Of a DNA stretch of 64,000 nt, positions 39,470-53,393 are shown in pieces. This DNA comes from Eledone cirrhosa (taxonomy: Eukaryota). Position numbers and translations under genes: made by a program. The notes below the pieces were generated by a model. That model saw only the letters and a program-made list of their open reading frames with translations, was not told the origin of the DNA and made no database searches. Numbering within the stretch: position 1 is the stretch's first letter; each line of letters opens with the position of its first letter. The stretch spans positions 19,654,001 to 19,718,000 of the forward strand of contig OZ024745.1 in the NCBI GenBank assembly GCA_964016885.1, in the 5' to 3' direction.

Positions 39470-39950
39470 TGGAACCATTCAGTTCCTTAGTAATGAGGAG
39501 TTTATATGGCTTGGACACCATTGGCTTCCCTTTACAGCTTGAACCAGTGGTGTTGGACCAAGGGATCAGCAAAAGGCTAGAGGGCATCATGATCTTCCCG
39601 TTCTATGGTGGTAAGCTCGTTATCTGAGACGTAACATTTAGCAAGACATTCTCCGGTGGTAACCTGGTAAATCCAGTGACAAACCCAGGTTTCATTTCCC
39701 AACAAGTTGAAGATCGTAAGTTGTTGAGGTATCGGATAAAGTTTTCTTATAAGTTTGTTGCTGAACCTATAGTAGTGGAAACTTCTGGCATTCGTGGTCT
39801 CCATACCACCTCCTTACTCAGTGCTATCGGGACAGAGATGGCCATCCACAGGAGTGAGCTCTGTAAGTTAGAGTGGCTTTTTCAAGGCATCTCACTTGCA
39901 AGCTTCTAGGATAAACCTTTCTCTATTCTGTCTGCTGGGACTACAAGATG
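39470..39950 (+). mobile_element. Degenerate CRE-like LINE, restriction-like endonuclease region
   Basis: KRLEGIMIFPFYGGKLVI*DVT and EDRKLLRY...PIVVETSG...WLFQGISLA resemble the RPDG..W-D-VT / K..KY / VE motifs. Confidence 0.65.
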
Positions 39951-40414
39951 GCTTGTGGTTTTACACACCAGATTGCATTCTCCCACATCTCCAGGCTTGT
40001 ATCATTGGGGTAGTGATGATATAGTTAGTGAAGGAGGCTACACAACAGTATTTTAACCCTAAAGTCAGCCTTAGCTTTCTCTTCCCCAAAACCAATAGAA
40101 TAAGTGCTACTAATATACAATATGTTCAATTATCAACAAACTTCTACAAGCAGTAACCTTACCTATAATCAAAAGAATCTCATATATACAAAAGACATTT
40201 GGGGGAGCTGGGCCACTGATAACGAAACTCTTCTCATTGTTGGCAATTCACCTTACCAAGATGTCAAGTGATGACAACGAGGCTATTTAGTAATTGAAGC
40301 ACCTTCACCTTGCTATTACGCATGGGGGCGCTTGGTTATTGAAGCACCTTAGCCAGGCGATCACTCACGAGGGTGCTTGGTTATTCAAACATCTTGGCTC
40401 ACTATCAGCTATGG

Positions 40415-40598
40415 AAGTGGTTCCCAAAGTGGGTTCCATGGAACCCAAGGTTATGCAAAGGAGTGTCTGGGGTTCCATGTAAAAAGGTAGAGGAGTATAT
40501 TTATATTACGACCATATAATAGTATTAGACTTTGGGGTTCCCACAAAAGTTTCTGAATCAAAAAGGGTTCTGCATTTGAATAAGTTTGGGAAACCTTG
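40415..40598. mobile_element. hAT Charlie-like MITE
   Basis: agtggttcccaaagt...aagtttgggaaacc terminal inverted repeats. Confidence 0.6.
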
Positions 40599-40747
40599 AT
40601 CTACGGCAATGCTGCATGTTGGCTTACCACAATAATTATTAGAGGGAGGCTTTGTTTTGGAGTGTGATTAAGTGTGCAAGTGTCCCCCTCCTTTTTATTA
40701 TCCACTTCCACTTTTTTTTACCCCCATAATTCCCGTTTTTTCTTGTT

Positions 40748-41462
40748 TAGTACTGTATATATCTGCATAGTCTAACTCTTATAGTACTGTATATATCTGC
40801 ATAGTCTAACGCTTATAGTACTGTATATATCTGCATAGTCTAACTCTTATAGTACTGTATATATCTGCATAGTCTAACGCTTATAGTACTGTATATATCT
40901 GCATAGTCTAACTCTTATAGTACTGTATATATCTGCATAGTCTAACGCTTATAGTACTGTATATATCTGCATAGTCTAACGCTTATAGTACTGTATATAT
41001 CTGCATAGTCTAACTCTTATAGTACTGTATATATCTGCATAGTCTAACGCTTATAGTACTGTATATATCTGCATAGTCTAACGCTTATAGTACTGTATAT
41101 ATCTGCATAGTCTAACTCTTATAGTACTGTATATATCTGCATAGTCTAACGCTTATAGTACTGTATATATCTGCATAGTCTAACGCTTATAGTACTGTAT
41201 ATATCTGCATAGTCTAACGCTTATAGTACTGTATATATCTGCATAGTCTAACTCTTATAGTACTGTATATATCTGCATAGTCTAACGCTTATAGTACTGT
41301 ATATATCTGCATAGTCTAACGCTTATAGTACTGTATATATCTGCATAGTCTAACTCTTATAGTACTGTATATATCTGCATAGTCTAACTCTTATAGTACT
41401 GTATATATCTGCATAGTCTAACGCTTATAGTACTGTATATATCTACATAGTCTAACTCTTAG
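40748..41462. repeat. 34-bp minisatellite, about 21 copies
   Basis: Unit tagtactgtatatatctgcatagtctaac(g/t)ctta. Confidence 0.95.
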
Positions 41463-41548
41463 TAAATAAGCCGAATACTTGCCTTGGTTTTTGCTTACGT
41501 TTCTCATACACACACATATATATATATATATATAATTCAAATTAAAAG

Positions 41549-41582
<34 letters not shown>

Positions 41583-43035
41583 TCATATATCGTTAGAGAA
41601 ACACATAGTATTTTGTACATATATATAAAACACACAATATTTAGGAAAAAGTACATACTGTAAGGTGGAAAAGTTCTTATTTTCCTTACGGTAGTTTCAT
41701 AGTTCGTAAACTGAAGTAAAAATCAATCTAAGTAATCGATTATTGATTACCAACTAAATATATATATATATATGTGTAAACACACAAGCACACAAACATA
41801 TAACTAAGTCTATTGCAAGCAGCTAAGAGGTCCTGAAAAGATCGATGAAAGATAATTATTTCCCTGGGAAACTCCGAGGGTATTTGGACCCTCCCCCCTT
41901 TTATTCTACAAATCTAGTCGTTTCCGACTGGTTTGGAGGTCCCATTCTTTGATAACAAACAAATCGTAGAGGAAACTCCGAGGAGGGGGTTTATTCGACT
42001 CCGTTATACGGGGAAAAAAAGTTGATTGCCAAAATGTTGGAGATTGATGGCACACGAAAAAAAATGAGGAAAACATGTTTTCCACTGAAATCGAATGGGG
42101 TGTTCTGCAATAAATTTACCCAATATATTTTCCATTAACACACTTCTACAAACACCGGCCTTGTGTATAATTAAAATAATACACAAATACACATGATATA
42201 AGGATAGAAAGGTGGTCATTGTTCTCAGGAAAAATTGCATTTCGTCATTCCTAGCTCGGAAATCTATGTAACCGTCATATCTCAGCCTATATGTGGTCGT
42301 CCAACATGCTAGAAATAGCAGTCATATATAACCCAAACCTTTACAAAAATGAAGGACACATAGGACAATGTATTAAACTCTTATAGTAATGTAGTACCAG
42401 ACCGTCAGATAATATTTTTTTAATATCTTATTCGGATTGTTAACGTCGAGGTAGCTAGATGTACTTGTGTGAAAAGAAGACGGTATGGTCACAGCTAGAA
42501 TGGATTTGATTATAGGTCGTTCGATTAAAACAAATAAGCTCCTCACCTACATATTTTTGTTCTTATATTATTGAAGAAGATCGATATTATGTAAATATTT
42601 CTTTTAGTTTTTAATCATATCCTAAACCGTTTTATCAGATGGTACATTAGACAACAAACGTTCGTGCTAGTAAGTTTTTGATAATAAGAAAAACTGAAGA
42701 ACAAACAATATTACTAAATTATAAAAGACAATAATTCGTAGATATAATATTTACATTACCTATTGACATCTGCTAATTCTTTAATTACCATGTTCGAGTT
42801 AGAAATTTAAATTAAGCGCCATTAAACAACATACTATAATGTAAGGCCGCTTGAATGATTGATAAACAAAAACCATTAACTTAGTCGCTTAGCATAACGA
42901 GCAATTGTTGTTTTTTTTTAAATCACATTCATTCTTTTTATTGGTATATTTTAAACATTTTTATAATATTTCTAATTTACTGTTTCAGTTAAAAGCATGG
43001 ATTATTTGAAGAAATGTAATTTGTTTAAAATATTT

Positions 43036-43449
43036 GGCACTACAACGCCATTAGCTGTTAGTCCAGTGGAAAACAGGCGAAGTTGACGTCACTCGTCAAC
43101 ATCGTTTATTTCCGTATTACTACCACGCGTAAGTGGAGTTTTCACGCGTTTTTTTTTTTGAGAGAGGGAAGAGGAGAGAGAGGGAAGAGAGAGAGGGGGA
43201 AGACTTAAAAGGGCCAAATTAGAAAACAAATAGAAAACAAGTCTTGGTTATAAAGCATATCGATGTAAGTGGAGTTACTTAAGTGAAAATATAGGTGGCC
43301 CTTAAAAGGGCCAAATTAGAAAACAAATTTAAGTTAATTAGAAAATAAGTCATGGTTATCAATGTAGAAAACAGGTCATTCATAAATTTAAGTTTTATAA
43401 TCAAATTTTTTTCACCAACAAATATGACAGCTAATAGCGTTGTAGTGCC
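43036..43449. mobile_element. Non-autonomous TIR element (GGCACTACAACG ends)
   Basis: ggcactacaacgccattagctgt/acagctaatagcgttgtagtgcc; partial reverse copy 51205-51412. Confidence 0.7.
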
Positions 43450-44424
43450 CGCAATTCTGTATCTTTACGTATATTGCGCATAGATACGAGGGTTGACAAA
43501 GATACTCTCATGGAATGTGACCAAATGAGGTTTATTTTTCAACATAGTCTCCCTTGCGTTCCACGCACTTCTTCCATCGGTGTTGCAGTACTGAGATCAA
43601 TGTTTTCCTCGGTAGTGGCAGTTGTAGGACGTCCAGACGTCATCTTCAAGAATCCCCTATCCTTTCCTAAATTCGGCTGCCCACTTTTGTACAAAGGAAA
43701 ATTGTGGTACAATATTGTAAGGTCTGCTTATAGCATTATCCATCTTTCAAAAATGAAGGTCCACATTTCGTCGACTTCAATACATTTTATTACATTTTAT
43801 TGTATTGTAAACATTAACTTTTATGGAAATTTTATTACAAAATTTCAATATAGTTCGATTTTTTTGAATTTATTTAACAAACAAGGAAAAATAAGAAAAA
43901 GAATAAAATAAAAAATAATTTGATTGCCTTTAATAAAGAAGATAAATAGAGTGGAACTGATTTCCAAGTCATACTAATGAAACAAGGTTTTTTCCATTAC
44001 TGATATTATCTGTCTGCCGCAAGTCCTGGTAGAAGATGCTACATGAACTAAAGTATTTTACTGAAGGACGCAACGTGCTGCAGGATCGAAGAAACGAGCC
44101 CATGACTTTATAATGGTTAGTCCAGTACCGTAACCCCTAAGGCATGTGCCTTCACAGAGGAAAGGTAAATCATATTATAACAGATTAGATGGGTACTATG
44201 TTAGATATTACTATGTGTCATATTATACCAAAGAGGAAGTGTGCTGTATAATAAACATTGATATCAGGTTGATTCAATAACTACCCGGTCCCAAATATGA
44301 ACCCAAACACTTTAACCATTGTATGTATGTATGTATACACGTATGGATGGATGGATGGATGGATGGATGTATGCATGTATGCATGTATGTATACATGTAG
44401 ATATGTAAGTATGTATGCGTGTAT

Positions 44425-46870
44425 GAGAACAACTGGAAGGACTTCAGGAGCTCGGTCTATGAGGCTTCAGCAGAGGTCCTTGGCTTTGTCACAAGAAAAC
44501 AAGGACTGGTTTGATGAGAATGATCAGGAGGTCAAGGCTCTGCTAGATAGAAAACAAAAGGCACTTGATGCAGTTCTTAAAGGTGGTAGCTCTGTTGGTG
44601 ACAATTATGAGCGTTACAGACAGGTAAAGAAGGAAGTGCAGGTGAAACTCAGGGCTATGCAAAATACCCGGTGGAGCAACAAAGCAGATGAAGTTCAAGT
44701 GGCATCTGACGGCAACAATGTGAAACTGCCGCACTTTCTACTCACAGAGGTGTATGGCCCTTTCAGCTCTCCAGTGGCCCCTTTGAGATCGAAAAATGGC
44801 AAGCAATTACTGCGTGACCCAAAAGACACTCGACAGATAGAGAGATCACTTTGATGAGCTCTTAAACCAGGTTGATGATGATTTCCTTTGTTCCATTCCT
44901 ATTGAACCAGTGAAGCATATGAGATGGCTAATGTATCTTCTCTTGCAGAGGGGACTTCTGTTGTGCATAAGCTGAACTGTGGTAAGTCTCCTGGTATGGA
45001 TGGTCTGAGTGGAGCGGTTTTGAAGTGTGGTGGTGAAAACTTCACGCAGCGCCTGACTGACCTCATGAAAATGGTGTGGGAAGATGAGAATGTCCCACAA
45101 GAAGGATGCGCTCATGGTGATTCTCCATAAAGGAAAGGACGGCAAGGACAAATGTGGCAATTATCATGTCATATCGCTTCTTTCAGTAATTGGTAAAGTC
45201 GTGTCGAATATTGATGGATAGATTGATCCCAAGAGTTGCTCTGAATGTGTTGCCTGAGTCGCAGTGTGGGTTCAGAAACGAAAGAGGAACAGTGGATATG
45301 ATCGTTTCTGCTCGGCAGCTGCAAGAAAAGTGTATCGAACAATGTATGGACCTTTACCAGGTCTTTGTTGACTTGACAAAGGCCTTTGACACTGTCAATC
45401 GAACTGCGTTGTGGGAAAAAATCCAAGGTAAAGTAGAAGATTCTGCATCTTTTCCATGATGACATGAAGGCTTTGGTCAGTATTGGTGGTAGCATCTCTG
45501 AACCAATATCAGTTGAAAATGGAATGAAGCAGGGGGACATTCCGGCTCCAACTCTGTTTTCCTTATATTTTACGATAGTGTTTCTCATGGCATTCAAATA
45601 TTGTTCTCATTGGGTTTACATCAGGTATCGCACTTCAGGAAGGTTGTTCAACACCAGGCGCTTTGGTACAAGCACAAAAGTATTAACATCTATAATCCGA
45701 GAGTTTTTGTATGCAGACGACTGTGATCTTTTTGCACACTCACAAAGTGACATGCAGCATATTATGAACTCTTTTTCTGCAGCTTGCAGCACTTTGGGCG
45801 TCACAATAAGCTTGGAAAAGACTGTTGTGATCTATCAGCCAGTACCTGGAAACGAGTACACTGCACCAAGTGTGTACGTGTACGGAAAGAGGCTAAACGT
45901 TGCTGACAAGTTTCTTTACCTTGGTAGTACGTTGAACACTTCATGCACACATGATAATGAAATATCCTTAAGAATCAAGAAAGCCAGTGATGCTTTTGGA
46001 CGGCTGCATCAACGTTTATGGTCCAGACGAGGTATCACTATCGAAACCAAGGTGAAAGTGTATCTGACTTGTGTCGTCTCCTCTTTACTTTATGTTTGTG
46101 AAACGTGGGTCATATACAGAAAGCACCTCAAGGATCTGGAGAGATTTCACCAACAATCTCTTCATAAGTTACTTGGGGTGTGGTGGAAAATGTTCGCCAG
46201 TGATTTGGAAGTTCTAGAACGGAGCAGGTGCGTGACTATAGAGAGCATAATCTTTCGGTATCGGTTGAGGTGTTGTAGTCACGTGGTCCGGATGTCTGAT
46301 GATCGTATTCCAAAGCAAGCAACTTCTCTATGGAGAACTGTGTGAAGGAAGGCGACCACCACATAAACCAAAATGGCGGTATCGGGACTGTATCAGGGGC
46401 ACCTTGGCTTGTGCTGGAATTTCATCTGACGAATGGGAGAAAATGGCTGACGAGCGTCTGAAGTGGAGACGTTTGATCAAGTTAGGTGGTGAACACTTTG
46501 AAACTCGTCGGAGAGAACACCTAACACTGAAAAGGAAGGTGAGGATTGAGACTGTTCTGAACTGCCTGCTGTTGAACATCATCTGGTTTGCCAGCACTGT
46601 GGTCGAGTCAGCCTGAGCAAAGCTGGTTTGATTAGACATGAATAAAGTCATATCAGTAGACCTCATGTAGATTATGATCTGAAAAAGTGTAAGAAATGTA
46701 CAAGCATGGGAGGTCTTAAAAGATACATGTGAACATACATCCAGAACAAAGCAATGGAAGGTTTCGGGGGAGCCTAAAGTTTGGCTGGTTTAAAGAGTCA
46801 CATTTGTGCTTCACATTTTTGAACATTTTATCGGGCGATGGCAATACTTGAACACGAGTTTGCAGCATTA
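44425..46870 (+). mobile_element. RTE-BovB-like LINE, frameshifted RT
   Basis: ESQCGFRNERGTVDM, FVDLTKAFD, GMKQG, LYADD, YLGS and C-terminal RRPPHKPKWRY split across several ORFs. Confidence 0.92.
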
Positions 46871-46889
46871 TGTAGTATGTATGGATGTA

Positions 46890-47520
46890 TGCCGGGTCAC
46901 TTTTGACTGCTATTGGTAACATGTAACCCAGTACAACCTGTCGCATGGTCGGGTCGTCGGCGACTAAACCGGCAACCCCACCAAGTTTAGTTGGTGAGGA
47001 GGGTGATTTTGAACACCCTGCAGGACAAAAAACAAAACCTGACAAAGGGCGGAGGATCCCATAAGAGTCAACGGCCGTTCAAAAGTGTTAAATATGTATA
47101 TACACATGTACATATGTATGTATATGTATATGTGTATATACATGGGTGCAAGTGTATGTACATGCGCGGGGACATAGAAATAATTGGGCTGGACACCCGA
47201 TCGCGCGGTTAAACCACTGGGAGTGAAGGACCCCTAGCCTTTGTCAGGGCATTCTTCTAGGAGAAGGCAACTCAGGAAACTGGGATAACTCCGATATAAA
47301 ACCTGCGGCTCAGTAGTTACCGATGATGTTGATATTTTCTTCTTTTCGGGTTATAGCTACTGTCGCTCAGAGAGTGGGATTGGCTCAGTGCACAGTCTTT
47401 CCTCATTTAAAAAAATATCTTCATGCACAGGCATTGCATGATAGAATTAATTAATAATTATTAATAATGGTATATCGTGCAATGGCCATACTCGATAACG
47501 AGGGGCAGCCATCATGTATG
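46890..47520 (+). mobile_element. Bipartite non-autonomous RTE element
   Basis: RTE-type 5' UTR (tagcctt...ctaggagaagg..aactc) joined to gccatactcg...cgaggggcagccatcat 3' end and (GTAT) tail. Confidence 0.7.
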
Positions 47521-47634
47521 CATGCATGCGTGTATGTATGTGTGTGTGTTTGAGTGTGTGCGTGTGTGTGTATATATATATATATGTGTGCATGTAGGTG
47601 TGTATATATATATCTCCATATACATATTTATTCA

Positions 47635-48370
47635 GCTGATATAGGCTGGATTGGTTGGAATATTCTGACGCGAATTCTTTCTGCTCTGTTAAATCGAAAC
47701 AAATCTTGACATTTTATTTGAGGTTTTCTATATAAGAGACCGGGAGACCATGTTGATACTATGAAGGCCATTTGTCCTAAGCCGCCTGGACTATTGCTCC
47801 CAGCTGTGGTCACCCCCATAGTATCAAACTAACCACGGAACTTGAGACAATCCAACGAAGCTACACCAAGAGGATTGCAAATGAAGGAGATGAGCTACTG
47901 GGAGAGGCTAAAAGAACTGAAACTCTACTCCTTGGAACGAAGACGGGAGAGATACGCAGGGATATGGAAAATCCTGGAGGGACTAGCGCCAAACTTTGGT
48001 ATTGAGAGCGGGACCAACCCCCGAACAGGACGTCACTGTGTGGTGACAAAGGTCCCGTCTTCCACATCTAGAACAAGAAGCAGATATTGCAATAGACTGG
48101 GGTTCAAAGGCACTCAACTCTTCAACAAACTGCCGAGGGATTTAAGAGATCTACATGGTGTGGCCGTGGATATTTTCAAGAAACTTCTCGACACCCTGTT
48201 ATCCAGGATCCTGGATGAGTCCACATTACGGTACAAAGGTAACCTAAGGGCAGCAGCAACGAACTCCCTCTTACATCAATGGCCAGCCAACACAGGCTGG
48301 AGATAGAATGTGTAGCAACAAGGACAGTGCCCAATCATGGTCTCAGCCAGATGGCTGGAACAGCTAAAAG
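47635..48370 (+). mobile_element. CR1-group LINE 3' fragment
   Basis: SYWERLKELKLYSLERRRERY..WKILEGLAPN...LFNKLP...FKKLLD. Confidence 0.75.
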
Positions 48371-48400
48371 AGTATATATATATATATTTAATATAGAAAT

Positions 48401-48451
48401 GGCTTCAACAGGACTAGAACTGTTTCATTCGGAGGAAATCATCAGAAAAGC
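48401..48451 (-). ncRNA. Hammerhead ribozyme, family E
   Basis: Reverse complement: gctttt-CTGATGA-tttc ctcc gaat-GAAA-cag ttctagtc ctg-TT-gaagcc. Confidence 0.6.
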
Positions 48452-48720
48452 TGACTGTCAATGTCATATGGTGGTATTTATACATTTTCTGGTGGTAGGG
48501 GAGGGTAGTAAATTGATGCTAAGTAGACAAACACATACAAACTGACAGACACTCCTAATGTTCAAGGTTCATTTATTCCAAACAAACAAAGGGTTTTCAT
48601 TGAGTGGCAATATTAAAATGCTCTGCTAAAAGATATAAATATGTGTGTGTTGTGTATACATATATATATGTGTGTGTGTGTGTTTGTGTGTGTATATATA
48701 TATATGTGTGTGTGTTTGTG

Positions 48721-48757
<37 letters not shown>

Positions 48758-48758
48758 T

Positions 48759-48805
<47 letters not shown>

Positions 48806-48899
48806 TTGTGTATATATATATATAAATATATGTGTGTGTGTGTGTATATATATATATGTGTTTGTGTGTGTGTATATATATATGTGTGTGTGTGTGTGT

Positions 48900-49740
48900 G
48901 CAAATTTCAATAATATTAAGACACCCTAATGGGGGTTAAACTCCCTATAGTGAAAAGTTTGGCCAATAAATGGAACAAGATTTTACGAACTCCTCCTATG
49001 GTTTTGGAGATAGACCCCCATAACCATATATATTCTGAAACTACATTGCCCAGGGTACTTGTATAAGTATATTTCATTTTAATCAAAGGGTTCATCGGGG
49101 CACAAAACCGCCGCTGATACTTTACCTTCGATTTATATGAAATTTAAACCATAGGTAAATGATAAGATATGATGCCTATTCACATCATTTCAGTAAATTT
49201 CAATAAAATTACAATACCCTAATGGGGGTTAAACCCCCCTATTAGGGTTCACCAGGGGGCACAAAATCCCCGCTGAAAATTTTTTCGGTTCGATTTATAT
49301 GCAATTTAAACCATAGATAAATGAAGAGATATGATGCCTATTCACAAAATTTCAATACTATAAGACACCTTAATGGTGGTTAAACCCTCTATTAGGGTTC
49401 CCCGGGGGTACAAACCCCCGCTGAAAACTTCTCCCTTTCGATTTATATGAAACTTAAACCATAGGTAAATGACAAGATATGATGCCTATTCACAAAAGTT
49501 TTCAATTGATATTTTGAAAAAAATTATTTACAAGAAACAAAATAAGAATAAGATTTAATAAAGCAATTTTGATTTGATATATTACAAAAAATGATGTTTT
49601 CCAATTTTTCATGCATTATATTTTACATTGAGTAATATTGAGTTTTTCTCCATAAATTATATCACTGATTTAAAATCAATCATCATTTTCTTACAAAAAA
49701 AATGAGTGAAACGCAGCAAGGCGCTGGTAATTCGGCTAGT
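48900..49740 (+). mobile_element. Non-autonomous Helitron 3' part with internal tandem repeats
   Basis: Subterminal hairpin cagcaaggcgctg then CTAG|T at 49736-49740; repeated aaaccataggtaaatga...gatgcctattcac blocks. Confidence 0.65.
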
Positions 49741-49796
49741 ATATATATATATATATGTAAGTGTGTGTATATATATGTGTGTGTGTGTGTGTGTGT

Positions 49797-50270
49797 GCTC
49801 ATTATGTAGGAGAGGTGTAGGTAGAAACTCCATCCTCTGCCCCATATGCAAACTATGGGTACACAAGAGATGTAGTGGGATCTCAGGAAGTTTAGTTAAG
49901 AATGTAGGCTTTACATGTAGCAGTTGTACCAGGACAAGTGACATCAAAGTCTGGGAGGACTTGGTAAAAACTGGTAAAAACTTGGTAAAAACTGTAAATG
50001 AACTTGGCATTAGGAAGGGCATCCAGCTGTAGAAACCAAGCCAAAATCAGTTCTTTATGAGCAAGACATGGTCACCTGACCGCACATGGCTCAGTGGTTA
50101 GAGCATTGGGCTTGCAATTGAAAGGTTGTGAGTTTAATTCTCGGACCGGGTGATGTGTTGTTTCCTTGAGCAAGACACTTTATTTCACATTGCTCCAGTT
50201 TACTCAGCTGTAGAAATGAGATGATAGGACTGGGGTCCCTATCATTCCACTGCAAAGTGGTGATATTATT
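49797..50270 (+). mobile_element. RTE PHD fragment, tail and tRNA-SINE
   Basis: CSLCRRGVGRNSILCPICKLWVHKRC; SINE head from 50085. Confidence 0.75.
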
Positions 50271-50630
50271 TACCATTTTCTTATCTTTTGCTTCTTCTTT
50301 TCTCTTGCGTTTGTTGACGCGCTATTCCCTGGAGAAAAATGGCGCCAAACTTTTCCTTTTGAAAGAATAATGTGATTTGTCACGTGATATTACCTATAAA
50401 TATGTGAATGCGTATATACACCACTCATATATATACGCAGAAACACACACATACAATAACCACCAGTACTACGATTCTGGGAAGATGAAGCTCTCTGCCG
50501 CAGAATAAATGGTATTTAATTTTAATAATAATACTAATAATACTAATAATATATATATATATATATTTCTTAATTGAATTGATTATCATTATCGTTTTTA
50601 TGGCAAAAGATAGACAGAAGGAAAGATTTT

Positions 50631-50670
<40 letters not shown>

Positions 50671-51015
50671 AGAAAGAAGAGGAAAAAACGAGACCCTTAG
50701 AAACGAATAAGAGTCATCAAAGCGATCATATGTATTGCTTTAAACTGTAATGCGAAGGGATACACTAGTATTTGAGGTACCATCATTTGGGATTTTAACG
50801 CTCGGACTTTCCCCCCCCCCCGGTTTTGAAATTTAGGGAAAATTTAGGGGTGACTGGGAATATTACATAATGTAGGGATTTTCTTTTCCTTTTCTATCAT
50901 TTCTTATTTATGTATTTATATATTTATTTATCTACTGTCGTGATTGATATTCCGACAAATGTTAGGGGTGTATTTTGGTTTTTTATTATGTCAGGTATAG
51001 CATTTCTCCCTTCCC

Positions 51016-51053
<38 letters not shown>

Positions 51054-51601
51054 AACACAGTGTCCCAAAAAATGTATACACACTTCAACAGCAAAGTAAT
51101 CAAAGTGTGTATATATTTTGGAGGGGACACCGTGTGTATATATATATATGTGTGTGTGTATATGTGTAACTAGTAAAACTGTAAAAACGCAGCGGTATAT
51201 TCTAATAATTTGGCCCTTTTAAGGGCCACCTATATTTTCATTTAAGTAACTCCACTTACATCTATATGCTTTAATAAAAAAAAAAAAAAACGCGTGAAAA
51301 AAAAAAAAATTCCATTTAAGTAACTCCACTTACGCGTGGTAGTAATACGGAAATAAACGATGTTTTGCTTTCATCGGCTGCTTCGACTGACAGCTAATAA
51401 CGTTGTAGTGCCAAATATTTTATTCCTGATACAACTTACAAATGTGCTGAATCGGTGAAGCTATGACAGATCAATAGCTTCGTTTGTGTACTTCTTCTGC
51501 ACCTTTCATCCCAACGGCAAATATACGGTGATCGAATTTATCGATTATATCCTCTCTTACTTATAAAAACAAAGGTTTTAGGCTTAGATAAAATATAATT
51601 G

Positions 51602-51657
<56 letters not shown>

Positions 51658-51926
51658 CAATTATATTTATATAATATATATATATATATATATTTATATT
51701 ATATATATATATATATATATATTTATATTATATATATATATATATTTATATTATATATATATATATATATTTATATTATATATATATATTTATATTATAT
51801 ATATATATTGATTTTTAATGCGATGAAATACCAATGATGGTTGGAAAATCACTGACGAGGGACTAATTTTATAATATGTAACCCATGTGCAACCACGCAG
51901 TATTCCTCTTTCTTCTCATGTTTTTT

Positions 51927-51966
<40 letters not shown>

Positions 51967-52159
51967 TATATATATATATATATATATATTGTTCTATATA
52001 GAAGTGACTTCTGCACGACTAGAACTCATTCTCTTAGGCGGTTGTTATAGAGTTCTCAGGTAGGGGTAACCGTAGAAAGCGCCGGGTTTTAAGGCTTTGT
52101 TTGTTCAAAACACCAAAATCATACCTCACTGAGTATCAACCCCCAAGAATTCCTGACTC

Positions 52160-52460
52160 CCATATACCACCCTGAGTCATATCTACTGTGTCATATCTCT
52201 CGCATACCACCTAGAGTCACTCCTACACTGTCATACCACCCTGAGTCACATCTACTGTGTCATACCACCCTGAGCCACATCTACAGTGTCATACCATCCT
52301 GAGTCAGATCTACAGTGTCACATCTCTCACATACCACCTAGAGTCACTCCTACAGTGTCATACCACCTAGACTCACTCCTACAGTGTCATACCACCCTGA
52401 GTCACATCTCTAGTGTCACATCTCTCACATACCACCTAGAGTCACTCCTACAGTGTTATA
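52160..52460. repeat. Degenerate ~29/42-bp tandem repeat
   Basis: cataccaccctgagtcacatctacagtgt units. Confidence 0.8.
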
Positions 52461-52558
52461 CCATCAGGATATCAACCTCCTGGAATTCTCTTCCCACTCA
52501 CAGTCTTTATAGTGCCTAATCAAATTTTTATTATCATATAACAAATATATAAGATTAA

Positions 52559-52768
52559 CCCTTTAGCATTCACATTACTCTATATATACTATTATATTTT
52601 CATTGTAAAGGCTTTAACTCACATAATTATCTCACATAATATCGAATCTATGAGATTTTCAAAGTATTTATTTTGAGAACAATACCTTAACATCAATTTG
52701 AGTGACCAGTTACAGCCAGTTTCAACAGAAAAAAGTAGAGAATTCTGGCCGGTTTGAACATTAAAGGG
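52559..52768. mobile_element. piggyBac-type MITE
   Basis: TTAA|CCCTTTA...TAAAGGG|TTAA. Confidence 0.85.
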
Positions 52769-52784
52769 TTAAATAGAAATACAT

Positions 52785-53393
52785 ATCATCATCATCATCA
52801 TCATCATCACCGTTTTACGTCCATTCTTCCATGCTAGCATGGATTAGACGGGTTGTCCTGTTGTGAGCAGTGTCTAGTCGGCTGACCATGCCTTGCTCAT
52901 ACAGGAACTGATTTTGGCTTGATTTCTACAGCTGGATGCCCTTCCTAACACCAACCTCATTTACAGTGAGTGCTGGGTTCTTTTTTCCGTGGTGCCTACA
53001 CGTCCACTTTACAGTGTGGGCTGGGTGCTTTTTTGCTGTGGCACCTCCACGACCACTCTGCAGTGGGAGGGTTCATGCATCATACAGTCAGCCTTTCATT
53101 TTGAGAGAGAAGCCTTTTGCAGCTAGCAGTGGCAGTAGTTCCCCGAACTTCTTCCATCCCGTTCTTACCCTAGTTATTGTACTTTCTGAACACCCACCTC
53201 CGCTGCTAATTCGGTCACCTAGGTAGCAGAAGCTGTCTACTGTTTCTACAGAGCCCTCCCAGAGATTGGTGGTTCTTGTTTCCTGTGGCTGTTTGCTGCT
53301 TGCTGTCCCAGCACAGCTGCTACATGTGAAGCCTACATTCTTAATTAAGTTTCCTGAGATCCCGCTACATCTCTTGTGTACCCATTGTTTGCA
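52785..53393 (-). mobile_element. Internally deleted RTE copy
   Basis: 3' UTR 52785-53068 joined to ORF piece matching about 56697-57011. Confidence 0.85.

Noticed and set aside
13985-41462. Regular 34-51-bp arrays as CRISPR
   Set aside because: Head-to-tail units without unique spacers, no cas genes, eukaryotic context
41650-41720. Minus-strand GAAA plus long hairpin
   Set aside because: No CTGANGA and register uncertain
51840-51900. CTGACGA-ggg...ccc hammerhead
   Set aside because: GAAA and cleavage triplet are missing; at most a decayed relic
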